Assembly: GCA_016748015.1 (NCBI GenBank)
Contig: JAAOMT010000097.1
Span: 129,801 to 193,800, forward strand
Direction: 5' to 3'
DNA from: Geosiphon pyriformis uo1
Taxonomy: Eukaryota > Fungi > Glomeromycota
DNA length: 64,000 nt
Part shown: positions 14,725 to 27,472 of the stretch, one piece after another
Numbering within the stretch: position 1 is the first letter of the stretch
How the letters are laid out: every line of letters starts with the position of its first letter
Position numbers and translations under genes: made by a program
Notes under the pieces: generated by a model
The model's database searches: none
What the model saw: only the letters and a program-made list of their open reading frames with translations
Told to the model about the DNA's origin: nothing

Positions 14725-15239
14725 AACAGCAATACTAGAGCCAACAACAGCCTCATAATCAAGCAGAAATAGTTTGGATTTATCATACTGAATGGTAAAA
14801 AACTTCTTCCAAAAAACTTTTGACTCTTTTTTTTAGAATTTATGGAGGAACGAGAGAAAGAAGTTTTTTTCCTATTTTTTAATATAAGTTAAATAAAAAA
14901 AATCTAAAAATAGAAGATTAATTTCAAAATAATTTAAAAATAATAATATAAACATATTTATAATTTAAGAAAAATTTTTATTAAAAGTTAAAAAATATAT
15001 AAAATAAGTATATACAAATTTAAAATATATACAAACAAAATTTATAATTAATATAAATAAATTTTTTTCAAGTTTTTTTATTGTTATAAATATAACTTAA
15101 ATATTAATAAAAATATTAAAAATACATAATAACTAAATACTTTACTAAATTTTATTATTAATAACATATCTGTATTTTTTTAAAAAAAAATAAAATAAGA
15201 TTTATTATAACTTTTATTATAAAAATATATATAGTTAAT

Positions 15240-15320
15240 ATTAACAATAATAATAATAATAATATTAATAATAATAACAATAATAATAATAATAACAATA
15301 ATAATAATAATAACAATATT
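15240..15320. repeat. (AAT/AAC)n microsatellite in an AT-rich block
   Basis: Direct reading: aataataataac runs. Confidence 0.8.
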
Positions 15321-16035
15321 AAAATAAAATTAGCAAATACTTAAAACATATAATTAAATAAGTATTTTAGATTTTTTTTAGATTTTGCTAAATAAAACTG
15401 TTTTTTAAATAATAAATTAACTTGATTAGTAATAATCAATATTGCATATTATTTTATAACTTAATTTATTTAAGTACAACAATTTTATTTGTAATTTTAT
15501 TCTAAAAAAATTTAAAATTATACATAATTTAAATTTAAATTTACTTTTTGTACATATTATATATATTAAATCAAAATAATGTTTTTGTTAATTAATTTTT
15601 TTTAAATTTTAATATGTATTTTTAACTTTTACAAATTTTAAGAATTTTTAAATTAATTTAAGTATTTAAATATTTATGTTAATTTATATTGTATAAATTG
15701 TAAACAACAAATATTATTTGTTTTTAATATTAACAATCTTGAAATTATTATTTAATATATGATTTATTATATAAGATTAAACCTAATATTAAGAAAGCAA
15801 TTTTATTTTTATAGTATATTATATACAAAATTTTTATAATTTGTTTATTATGAAATTTTTTACATATGAATTTTTATTAAACAGAGTTTTGCAATAGAAA
15901 ATTTAGCATTTATGTCATATTTGCTTTATATGAAAACTTGTTTATTTGTTATGTCTCAGAATTTACATTTTAAATTCAAAAATTTAAGCGTTTTGATTTT
16001 TAACTTATATATAATACGGGAAAAATTAAATATCA

Positions 16036-16153
16036 AAATTACGGCACTCTGTATTCCCGCGTGGTCCCCCACCGCAGTACTGACAGAGCCATCAGTGGCT
16101 TAACTTCGGAGATCGGACGGGTTCCGGTGCTTTTCACTGTGTATGGCCGTAAT
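16036..16153 (-). rRNA. Dispersed 5S rRNA gene
   Basis: Minus strand reads ATTACGGCCATAC...CCCGTCCGATCTCCGAAGTTAAGC...AGTACTGCGGTGGGGGACCACGCGGGAATAC...GTGCCGTAATTTT. About 118 nt, with complementary 5'/3' ends (helix I) and a T4 Pol III terminator. Confidence 0.95.
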
Positions 16154-16266
16154 TAAAATTTTCTCAACACATTGCTATACAAAGAGTAGAATTTTTTTTT
16201 GAAACAAAATTCAGATTCTTTTACTAATTCCCAAACTCTATTGACCTGAATTCTGAATTTCAAAAG

Positions 16267-16863
16267 ATGGGTAAACCAAAAAGTATGTCCAAGTTCCTTC
16301 TTTCAGTTCACTAATTTCAAGTAAACCTGAAATTTTTTAACTGGCAAAAAAACAGAACGTTGTGACTTCCTTCCACACGAAATGCAAATAGACGAGAAAA
16401 AAAAACAACCTCTTCTTTCGAGACGCATGGAGATTGATGCATGGTCTCTTCCAAGTAAATAACAATAAAAAATAAAGTTCATAAAAATATCGCTTGCCGA
16501 TTCCTTATTACTGTTAGGAGTATATCATTATCGTAGAAAATCCTTTGTTTCCCTCTCTTTGACTAACACTTTTGAAACCAAACTTTATTGCGAGACATAG
16601 CAAAACAAAACATTACAATACCACAACCACCAAAACTGAATCCTCCGGTCCAGACCCAACTTCGTACAAAACAAGGCGCCCAAAGCATTTTACATAAAAC
16701 TATTAAAAAGAAGCCCGGGAAAAAAGTCAAAACCAAAGAAAAGAAGCGACAGAATGTACTCTTGCAGAAAGCATTAGCGCGTATGGATAAGGAAGAGACA
16801 AAATTGGATATCAAAATGGAGAAGGTGGTGAAACAAAAACAACGAAAGTTACTCTGGGAATGA
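16267..16863 (+). CDS. Small basic protein, Alb1/Ecm1-like pre-60S biogenesis factor (3 exons)
   Basis: MGKPK/KRCDF...WSLP/TKQNITIPQ...KALARMDKEETKLDIKMEKVVKQKQRKLLWE. The Lys-rich C-terminal helix ending RK..WE resembles the Alb1 family. Confidence 0.55.
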
Positions 16864-16998
16864 GCAAATCATCCTTGTCAAATTAGAATTACATGCGAAA
16901 ATTATATTACTTATGTTTAACTTATTATAATAGAAATCCCAAATCTAAATTTATGGAATCTCGGGAGAAAATGAGGCAATATTCTAGATATGGAATAT

Positions 16999-19989
16999 TT
17001 AATGCATTGATTTTGTGCGTTTTCTTTCCTTCTTTTCTTTGGCATCATTTTGATTAGCACGTTCACTTGAAGCTGCCCTCAATTTTAAGAGCACTAAACA
17101 TGAAAAAATCATAGATTTCTGTTAGCGAAAGAAGCCAAGAGTTAAATTACATTAAATGTACCTGACCAATTTACCTCGATCTAGAGCCAGCTCAATTATA
17201 CACCGATTCTTTATCAGTGCCAAAACGGGCCAAGTCGACTGCTCGCCCTTCAGAATCCAGTAATCTAATGCTCCCGTTGTTGGATTAGAGAAAAGTTCTT
17301 TAAAGTCCTAGATTTCACGAATGATGAATCATTAAAAGGGATGTCGAATTAACCCAAAATTCGAAATATTTTGAGCTACCTTGAATGAGACATGTGGGAC
17401 AATAGTCACGTGCCCAGAGACTTTGTCATCTACCATTCCACGAAGTATTCGTGGAATTAATCTCATATGTTCCAGCTATAAGAAAACATAGAATGAAACC
17501 TGTGAAATTTTAACAACTATACAACAATACAAGAGAGTGATTCGAATTCAAACCTGTAAGATTCGATGACGGAATTCAGATGAAATAAAATGGCCACATT
17601 TATACAAAATGGTTCCTGTTTGTGACATTGGCTCTTTTGGCAAGAATGGCACGATATATGGGTTTGCTTGAGATACAATAAAGTGATTAACATTAAAGAG
17701 CTCCGTAATTTTCTGAAATGGGGATTCACTATAGAACGAACGAAATTTGTAACATGAGGTTAGAAACTGGTAAGGAAGGTTCGAAAAGTACAGATTGCAA
17801 GTTAATCTTACCTTTCTGAAGGGGCAGAGTCGATCCATTTTTTCCATTTTACATCTGAAGAATAGATGTTAATTTATTAGAATCTCATATGCTAGTAAGT
17901 TCCATGATCTTTTGATTATAATTGAATTTGAATGACTAAAACACTTTAATACCAGAAGGGGCCCATGGAACAATTGCTCCAGTCTTATCCTTTGCCAGAA
18001 GCTCAACACTATTATAAAGACCCATCATAGCAGCTGAGGCAAGAGCAGCACTTCGTATTAACTAACTCAATTAAAAAGTTAGTTCGTGAAATTGTTAAAT
18101 GGAAAATTTATGATTTTTTTCATTGTTTCAAGACCTACAACATTAGGCGCTGTCAAATAATTTAATAGTTGAGGAACTTCGAATTTCCTGGTCGAAGAGA
18201 CCGTGATATTGAGGATTCGCTTTGTTTTTACAAAAGCTTCCTAAGGAATTTCAAGAAATTCAGTATTCAATTTTGGGGTGAAAAAAGACTCAAAACACAA
18301 AAGTGATGGTCACATACTTCAAAGGTTAGATCCTCCACGTTACTCCGAACACATTCTTCCAAAACTCTAACATCCATAAGATAGCCTGTGACAACCAGTA
18401 TAAATTAAATTTCCGATTCAATAAATCAGATAATTGAAATTTTTCGCTAATATGTATTTACCATGTTTTAAAAAACGTATTATCTTTCGTTGAATGTTGC
18501 CTTTTTGACCAACTTTGCTGAAGGCCCCCAGGTCAATACCACCAGGCTCAAAAATTTTCTGTAGATAAAATAGAAAACCAAAATCAATCATGTCACTGAA
18601 TCAAAATGAATTCGAAAATAATTTTGATACCGACCGGTAATTCTTCATCAGTGTGAATACAGATTAGAGCGGCGATTAATGCCCCGATCGCAGTTCCACT
18701 AATAATTCTTGGTAACAGTCCATTCTCTTTCAGTGCCTTACAAACTCCCAAATGGTAAAGACCTGGAAAATTCAATAATTATTTAGAGTAAATTAAGAGG
18801 AAAATGGTTAAATTGAAAAATGAACTTCACCTACCAAATGTGGCACCACCATAAAGTACCAAAGCAGTACAGCCAAAACTTTGTCTTGTATCATTAAAGA
18901 ATTCAATTTTGGATTGAAGAGTTAAATCGTTGAAATCTGTGCACGCAATACATTCAAGCTGATCCACGACTTCCTGCGTGTAATCTTCAATCAGCTTTTT
19001 AGTTCTGCAAGAAAATCTTTTGAAATCAATTATGATATTCGAATCTAAATAGAAAAAAAAAGATTTCATTACTCAAAAATAATCACCCCAAATATGACCG
19101 CTCGAATAATTTCGGATCATTTAATCCGCCCAGATTCCGTAATAAACCTAGAGAGAAATGAATTTCTTGAAATTAGAAATTCATAAAAAGAATTACTCGT
19201 TTTTCATGAATTTACTAACCTGACCTTAGCAAGTAGATCATGGCACAAACATCGTTTTTCTCTCTTGCTTGTTTGAGATGTTCCAGCCTATGCTTGATGA
19301 AAGCACTATCGTAAAAAGGTGATTCAGGTTTTTCTTTCCATGCATCGTTTCCTTTGATTTCAAAAATAAGGAACATGATTAAACCTTAAAATCAAGATTT
19401 AAAAATAGGAAAAAAAACATTTGCAAATCATCGGTTTACCTAAGAGTCTACGACCAAAAATTAAAAATAAGGCTTATAAAATTAGCATATTTCTAATTTG
19501 ACTCGAATCCCTTTCCTCGAAATATTTGAGATTTACAAAATGATCAACAATAAAAATAAAAACTCACAAATCCAATTCATGAGCTTTTCTCGCCCATTCT
19601 TCATAGGTATTTGCATGCCATAAATCAAGCCGTACTTGTTGAGCCAGGGTTCTCGAATGTCTAAGTTTATTAGATATCGTCTAAAAAAACAAAATATTAT
19701 TCCACAAAATCATGATAAATTTCCTGAAATCAGATAATTTGAATACACTTACCCGCCATACAGACACCACAAATCGGACCACGAAATAGAAAAAAGCAGT
19801 AGCGAAATATCCCAAAGCTCGGGTGACAAACGACTTTCAACAAAGGATTAGATAAAAAAGGTATAAAATTAATTTTAGAATTTTCTCAAGTTCCCTTGTC
19901 ATCTTAAAGACTTGATAAATAGAAATATTTTTATGAAAATACCCTGAAAAAGATTAGATACAAGAAAAATATAAGTTTCACTTTCCCAT
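16999..19989 (-). CDS. TGL3-like patatin-domain triacylglycerol lipase family protein, multi-exon
   Basis: TYEEWARKAHELD-LLL-GNDAWK, RQSFGCTALVLYGGATFG, LLPRIISGTAIGALIAA, LLNYLTAPNV, ITELFNVNHFIVSQANPY. Stop TAA at 16999. The start at 19989 is inferred. Confidence 0.88.
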
Positions 19990-21089
19990 TGTGATAATTT
20001 CAAATCAGAGAAAGAAAAGTTTTTATGAAAAAAAAAGGTTACAAACCACAAACATAATAGTATAGAAGGGGGGATTTCTTGTATTTCTTGACAGGCTTTT
20101 TACACTCAAAACTTTTTCAAAATAATTAACTGCCGCAAAGTCTTTTCTCCTGCTAACCAACTCTTTATGTAATATTTGCTGACATGATTGTTCGTTAAAT
20201 AGGTAAAAGATCAATTTGGTATGATCACATGGAATAATGCATTGTATGGTTTAGATTTACCATTTACAAACAATGCATGTCAAAAATAAATTAAAAACTT
20301 GTTTTGGGCCGGCGAAAGATGGATTGACATGAGGGGTTGGTCACAATGAAATTTAACGTTGGAAATTAGAAGTATGTTGAATCATTGCTTGGTTCATTGT
20401 GGTCAATTCCTTGGGGTTAGTTGGTTGGTTGATTGATTGATTAATTTCAATCAATTAATTTCAACCCTTTCCTAGAAAAATTTTAGCCTTCTCTCCTTTT
20501 CTTTAAAATTCAAAAAGTCTAAAATAAAAATGATATTCAATATAAAACTTATGCTAATTATTATTAAATATAGCTCTTAGATATTCAAATGTCTAAAATT
20601 TTAAATATGAAAATTTAAATAAAAAATGGTTTAAAATTAGGATTTTTTTTAAATCCAATGAATAAATTTTGCCTTTCAGTAAAATCTCTTGTTATCACTC
20701 ATTTTTTCTAACTTTTGTCTGAAACCGTTCTTTCATTAAAAGAGGCTGTTTCTGGCTTCATTTCATCTTTTTCTTTTTCTTGAGTTGAGTAATTAGATGA
20801 GACTTAAGATATTTAAAGTTTAAATTAATTTTTAACTTTTTAGTTTTCGATCGTTTCTAATCATTTTCGTTTAAAAAAAAATTTTCAACATCAGGTAACA
20901 TATTATTACCAAAGGAAACTTTGGGAAATATTTGAGACAAGAACTGAAAATATATATTCTTAGGATATTGTTTGGAAGTTTTTTGATCACAATTTATAAT
21001 AAATAACGGATGATGAGAACTTTCAAAGTAATCATTGTGCTTATTGTACAGTTCCAACTTACTTAATTTTTAAACCAAATAAAAAATTC

Positions 21090-21940
21090 TAATTATTACT
21101 TTGTCACCCTCTATTTGACTCTAATACTGCTTCAATCCTCCTTGGCATTGAGGTAATAACTTCTTCGAGAACATAGGTATCAAATTTCTCTCATTCCTCC
21201 TTTAGGGCAATTTAAAGACTTCATATTTTTGGATATTATCCTTCAACACCTTTAATTGCTTTCTGAAATGGAGACAAATTGGGTTTTAAGATTTCAAGGT
21301 AAGTACTTACATTTATTTTTTTACCATTTCTTTGGTATTTATCACAAAATACTAATGGTCCTTTTAATCCTCCCGCGAAACACCTTTAAACTATTATGAA
21401 TTTTAGTCCACTTTTGAAAGTAAGGATTAAGCAATTAGCATTAAATTTTTTTTCCAGTGTGCCGCCAAACTCTTGACCATCGCGATTGGTTCCTAATTTA
21501 CATACCCGTCTCATTAAAGAAGATAACTTTTGCCCAATTATATTTTTTTTTTCCTAAAACGAGTATAAGTATGTGTTTCTGAGATATAAGATTTTTTAGC
21601 TGCTATATGTGACTGAAATCCGGAGTTATAGAGTACATTTGGGGGTAGTTGACATACCGCATTTTAGACCTAAATTATTGACAATTTCATTATGGTGGAT
21701 GTCGTTTTTCTTTGGCTTTACACACTAGAAAATCTTTTTCATGGTTAGTAAGAATTTGTGGTCTTCCAAAATGTGATAAGTTTTTACTTTTTCCTGTTCT
21801 TTTGATACTTGTCAATAAAGCGCCGTATTGTTGTGCAATCACATCCAAGCATTTTTGCAATTTTTGCGAGATTTATGGTTTTCATGTATGCAAGAATCTT
21901 CCCTTTGTCCATTTTTCTTTCCAGATTGAGAGAATAATAA
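21090..21940 (-). mobile_element. Degenerate Tc1/mariner transposase relic, internally deleted
   Basis: Minus-strand fragments: IAKMLGCDCTTIRRFIDKYQ..GRPQIL (HTH), WAKVIFFNET, RVWRHTG..FNANCL..TFKSG..RCFAGGLKGPLVF, and the Tc1 C-terminus SMPRRIEAVLESNRG. Stops and frameshifts are present. Inverted repeats were not identified. Confidence 0.85.
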
Positions 21941-22321
21941 TTATCGATATTTTTCACTGCAAAAAAAAAAAGCTAAAGTTCTTGAACTCCAAATAAAGCG
22001 AGTAAAAAGTTCATTTAGGGTAAATTCTATTATTATAGGCATTTTCTTGTATTGAGTTATGCTCCACAATGCATTAAATGTTGATACCACCAAAAATTCC
22101 CCGTCTATAAACTCGAATGAGTGGCTCAAAATGTCGTCAAATATTTTTCTTAAGAATTCATTATCTACCTTTTTTTACTCTTCCCAAATTCCTGCAGAAA
22201 TCCAAAGAAAAACAGTGTATCGATAATTTACTTACAAATATTTATAAAAGTTTTTTAAAAAACCCTTTTTTTTTTTTACCCAACAATATTATAATGTTGG
22301 AGAGTCGTAAAAAGTAGAAAT

Positions 22322-22405
22322 TTTGATATCTTGATTTTTTTTTTTAAAGGAGATTACACATGCAATTTGATATCTTGATTTTTTTAAAGGTGGTTACCCA
22401 TGCAA
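22322..22405. repeat. Two-copy imperfect tandem repeat (about 40-44 bp unit)
   Basis: tttgatatcttgattttttt..taaagg(a/t)g(a/g)ttac(a/c)catgcaa occurs twice in tandem. Confidence 0.8.
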
Positions 22406-23732
22406 ATCGAGAAAAAAAAAAGAAAAAGAGAATCAACATAAATTTTCTTCCAAAAATATATTCTAAAGTGTATTATGATTTTAATAAAAAAATAAATTGA
22501 ATTTATCTTTCTTTGAATTCAAAATTTTAATGCATATGATGGCTAAACCTTATCATCAGATTGAACTTATAATTGTAATTTTTGATTAAAATTTATATAA
22601 AGAAATACAACCGCCCGTTAAAAAGATCCGTATTCTAAACGCAATACAGAAACTTTCAAGTTCCGTACTTGGGGTATACAGTATATACTTAAATCCCTAA
22701 TCGGTAGGATTGGAAAAAAATCCTATGATTAGACCACTTATTTATTGTCTTAAATGTTTTTTTACCCAAGAAAATCTTATAAATCCTTGCATAATTTATC
22801 GAAAATACTTTTAATCCCTTTAGAATTATGATTAATTAGGGAAATACGACTGAATCATAATCTATAATGTATCTCAATCAATCCCTTACATTTTCCATCT
22901 GCTAAGGGATCATAATGCATAATACGCATGATAATGAATCCTTGCTCAGACAGTTGATTGAAAATTTGATAAAGAAAGGCCCTATTTCGAAACTTATTTC
23001 CTCTTCACAAACTCCCCTTTTTAAATTCTAAAGTTAATTGGTTCTTCTTGTTTGTTCAATTTTTAATAAAACCCTTGCCCCAGTAAAAATATTCTATTTT
23101 TGTAAAAAAAGGGAAAGCAAAAAACGTGAGAAATAAAAAAATATATAACCTGTTTATTTCATTATTAGGTTTATTATTATTAAATTTAGGTACCATTATG
23201 CCCACGTTAGACTGTCACGTTCCGGATCCTACAGATTGCTTGAATCTCTTTTCGTCTAGGGTTTTAATTCGCATGCTTCGGAAGAACTTCCTGTCAATTG
23301 TGTTTTTTTTTAAACCTTGATTCATTTACCGTGGTACTAATGACGATTATGATAAGTCTTGGATGACACTACCAAGAAAGGAAAATAACCTACCGAGAAA
23401 ACAAAAGAGCTGCAGCAGTTTCAAAAACAAAAAGAAATGCATGCATCATGCAGTAGGATGCAGATTAACAACACTTGCACCAATTTTGAAGTAGAATGAA
23501 TAAAGTTTTGATTAGTTAAGAAGAAGAAGACTGAACTTAAGAAGTCCAGTTGCTTCCCAGCATTGATGAAATCATTATTTAAGCAGGATCATTGAAAACT
23601 TTCCCATCAACCTTTCCTTCCCATCTTTTTTAATCTCTTTATAATTTCGTCTTGACTCTTTTAAGAGAAAAGAACAATATTAAATACACGCACGCGTTAA
23701 TTTCCTTTATTACTGATATCAATTTAAAAATA

Positions 23733-25061
23733 ATGCCAAAAATCAAATCTGAAAAAAGGGAATTCAATAATTTCGTTTCTATGCCATTGGTATTTCTTCA
23801 ACCGGCTCCAATCCCGGCGGTAGATCCAACTTCATCCATGATCTCGACTAGAAATAATGACTTAAACTCATCAACCGCAGCGCTAACTGATTCAAATGGT
23901 GTTTTCATTCATCAACAAGACCGTCTAAGCTCAGAAGATATAATGCTACTTCAGGATCCACCTTACAAACTTACCCTCCCGATTAACGAATTATTGGCAC
24001 CCGCTAAAAGAACGCGTAAAATCAACAAGAAATTGGCACAAACTGGAGGCCTGACCGAGGAAGATGAGAAACCACCTCGACCACAAAATGGTTGGGTAAT
24101 CTTTCGTAAAGATTATGAGGCAAAATTACGTGAATTGAATCCGGAAGAGACTTACAAAATTCAAGATATCTCTAAAACAGCTGGTCCTGTTTGGAGAGAT
24201 CAATCCGAAAAAGTTAAAAAATATTTCGAGGTGTTACAACGCGTCGCTCTAGAAAAACACAAGGCAATGTATCCAAATTACAAATATATGCCGAAAAAGA
24301 AGGATCAATCAGCCAACACAACATCCGTGACAGCACCAAAAAATGAAAAGAATTGGGTTTTTCGTGAAATGGCAAATCGTCAACCACCATATCTTTATGA
24401 ACACACAAGTGGTGAAGAATGTCGAATGCAAATCAATCCGGATACACCAACACCTTCATCTTTGGTAAATTCACCACGCGAATATTCTTCATCTGGAACT
24501 TTTTCTCCGACACCACCAAACTCCCCGGCTGAAGATCCATTTGATATTTATAACGCGTCAAATAATTGTCATGCTCCCTCGTTTTACTTTGAAGACTACC
24601 ATTATGCTACCTCTGCCAACACTAGTATCCCGACATCAAATCAATCAACCGCTTCTGTTAGCTGTACACCATCACCTAACTATTATTCAGCAATACCTTC
24701 GACAAACATATTTCCTCCCATTTCGAATTTGTTGCCTTCTTATTTAAATAATCAAAATACCACGGTTCCTTCTTCATTTGATTCTTCATTCAATTCCGGG
24801 ATCAATGAAAAATTTACAGATTGTTCGCTCAGCATACTTGCCAATGGCCTTGGAATTAACTTGAATCCGATGAGTTCGACATCTTTATTTCAAGGTTCTA
24901 CCATGACAACACTTTCTGGCGACTCGAACACACAATGTTTTGACGCTACCTCGCCATCGAATTCCTTCAAATTGGAGGAAATTCCATTGGATCGGTACGA
25001 CTTTTCAAGTGTCTCTCAACAATTCAATGAGGTTAATTTCACTGCCACTACCACCACTACC

Positions 25062-25092
<31 letters not shown>

Positions 25093-25811
25093 TAAATTCC
25101 AACAATGGAAACACTACGATCTTTGATAATGGTAACAATCATCAAGAAAATTTCACACCCAATATGGTTAATGTCGATGGAATGGCCCTTAATTACCAAT
25201 CTGGGAAAAACTATAACGAAACTTTGGAAACATTTGGAGGTGATATCTCTATGCTTTTCAACCAACAATCGAGTGGGAATTTCAATTTCTCCAACTCCGA
25301 ACCTTATAAGGGGAATAAATTTACAGATAATTTCAGTAGCATAAAGCTTTCAGATGATTTTGTATTTCAAGAAGATTTCACGGATGGCGATTGCATTGGG
25401 GTTGATGGGATGAATTCAAACGACCTCTTTTGTCATCTTCAACAACAGCCCCTTGATTTGAATCTTCATCAGGAATCACCAAAGATTGAATCTGGCAGAA
25501 TAGCTAGTACATTTAGTCCTGAAAATGTGACAATTCCGAGCCCAACTAAACTTGAATTTCCATTCGCAACTATTGTGACCGTGACCACCACAACTACAAA
25601 TGCTTCATTTACTGTTAAAGATAAACATAAGGAAATTTCATCATGTATACCTGATAGTTGCTCGACAACTCCTTTTGTTCCTCCCCATCTTCCCGAATTT
25701 TTAATGAACAATTATGATACAACCTTTGCTGCTGGAAATTTCTCTGGCGTTTCGTTTGAAGAGTTATTTGGTGAAAATTGTGACTTGCCGTCACCACCTT
25801 TTTCTTTCTAA
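23733..25811 (+). CDS. Intronless MATA-type HMG-box transcription factor with long S/T/N-rich C-terminus
   Basis: KPPRPQNGWVIFRKDYEAK...ISKTAGPVWRDQSEKVKKYFEVLQRVALEKHKAMYPNYKYMPKK. First ATG at 23733. Poly-Asn tract near 25060-25092. Confidence 0.92.
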
Positions 25812-25850
25812 TAGTTTTTATTATGGTTTTTTTATTGATTAAGAAAGCCA

Positions 25851-25872
25851 ATATATATATATATATATATAT
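25851..25872. repeat. (AT)n microsatellite
   Basis: Direct reading. Confidence 0.85.
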
Positions 25873-26621
25873 CTCTTTTTTTTTTTTTTTATGGAAAATG
25901 AGAAACAATCTAAATTCACCATTAAAAAGCTAGAACAGCATTTTAACTTTTTAGAATTTTAATTATTATGCCCATAAGCTTCTCTCAAGCGTCCACCATT
26001 TCACTGAAATCATTTTCATATTCTCAAACACTTTATCTTGATTTTTACTGAACTTTCCTAACGTTTTCCAATGTCTACATAAAAAACTTTAAATCTAAGC
26101 TATATTTGCATGTCCCCCGGAAATCTAAGATATTTCTCAAACCCACAACTTTTATGGCAAACACGTCTTTTCCATAGACACCTTTGGTTCACTCAACCCA
26201 ATTTACTCAAATATGCCACTAATCATTTCCAAATGATCAAATTCCAGAATTCAAAACCATTTCAAAAAATTACAAAATTACAAATAGAAACAAGCTTCTC
26301 ATTATTTCTCTCTTTCTCATCATAAAAAAAAAAAAAAAAATAGAAATACAAAATATTCAATAAAAATAAAAGCATATTAATAAATATATTAATAAAATAA
26401 AAATGTTCAGTTGGTGAAATTAAAAGATATTGTAACTTTATTGAATCAAATTTTGAATAATTTTTTTTTCAATAACGAAAACTTTGAATATAATTAAAAA
26501 ATCGAGTTTTTGAAATTCAAAACTTGATTTTTTTTTTTTTTTTTGGTGATTTAAGATAGATGATTATAAAAAAATTCAGGTATGTTGATTTATTTTTATA
26601 AAATGGTTTAAATTAATTAAT

Positions 26622-26624
26622 TAA

Positions 26625-26655
<31 letters not shown>
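26622..26655. repeat. (TAAA)n microsatellite
   Basis: Direct reading. Confidence 0.85.
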
Positions 26656-27472
26656 AAAACCATTATTATCTCCCACACAGATTACAAATATGTTTACAAT
26701 GTAAAAGAAACAAAAAAAAAAAAAAAAACATTGAAACTTCCCAGTTATTTTTTTTTACATACATTACATTCCTGAAATTCGATCTTCTAATTATGATCAA
26801 AGAACGAAAGAAGCAAAACTTTTTAAAATGAAAAAAAGGTAAAATAAAAAAAGTCTTGATCAAAAATAGTAAAATTAAATCCTAATTAAAAAAGAAAGAT
26901 TAGAATTTTTTTTTTTTTACGACTTAAAAATTTTTTTTTGTTGATCTATTTATCTCTTAAATATCTTAATATTTGGTAACTTTTACGTGCCTCTCTCCAA
27001 AGTTTTAGAAATCCAAATTAAATTTGTTCTATATCTTTATATTAAATTGTCCTTCCCCCAGATTTTATCAAGAATTATTTAATTATTTCGCTCAGACTAA
27101 GACGAAGAAAGTAAAAACTAGATGGTTAGAAACATTGGTGTATCTCACTTTTTTTTTCAATCGTCAATATCATTATGTCAATTATTCAAAGATTTTCCCT
27201 AACATTTCCGAGTGATATCAATCGTTTAGCCTTTTTCATTTCAACTTGACCTATTATTTTTAACTCTCATTTTATCAGATTTTTCATTTTTATTGAAAAT
27301 TAAAGAGACAATTCGGTAAATTAAAACTCTTTTTTAATTTGTTTCATGTTCCCATGACTCGGAAATAATTTGATATTCACACTTTTTAACACAAACTTTT
27401 TGGCTGAAATTCTTTTTTTGATTTCTTACCATTTGGGTTTTTTTTTCCAAACTCCATATACTTGTTTCAAAA

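Larger units (their letters stand above)
8103..14850 (-). mobile_element. Near full-length non-LTR retrotransposon (LINE) with ORF1 and APE-RT-RNase H ORF2, inactivated by nonsense codons
   Basis: Poly(A) tail (T-run from 8103). Endonuclease motifs TETKL, GGDFN, IDYVFVS, TDH. RT motifs LQDMRKAYDSV, QGEVFSPLL, FVDD, YLG. RNase H motifs YTDGS, ELQAIALAL, HSGVSGNEHADALAK. C-terminal CxxC..H..C finger. The 5' boundary is approximate. Confidence 0.95.

Noticed and set aside
22322-22405. CRISPR-like array
   Set aside because: Only two adjacent units with no spacers, in a eukaryotic context.
23733-25811. HMG gene as the Mucorales-type sexP/sexM mating locus
   Set aside because: The expected flanking genes (triose-phosphate transporter, RNA helicase) are absent and the protein is long. 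It fits an expanded paralogue family better.
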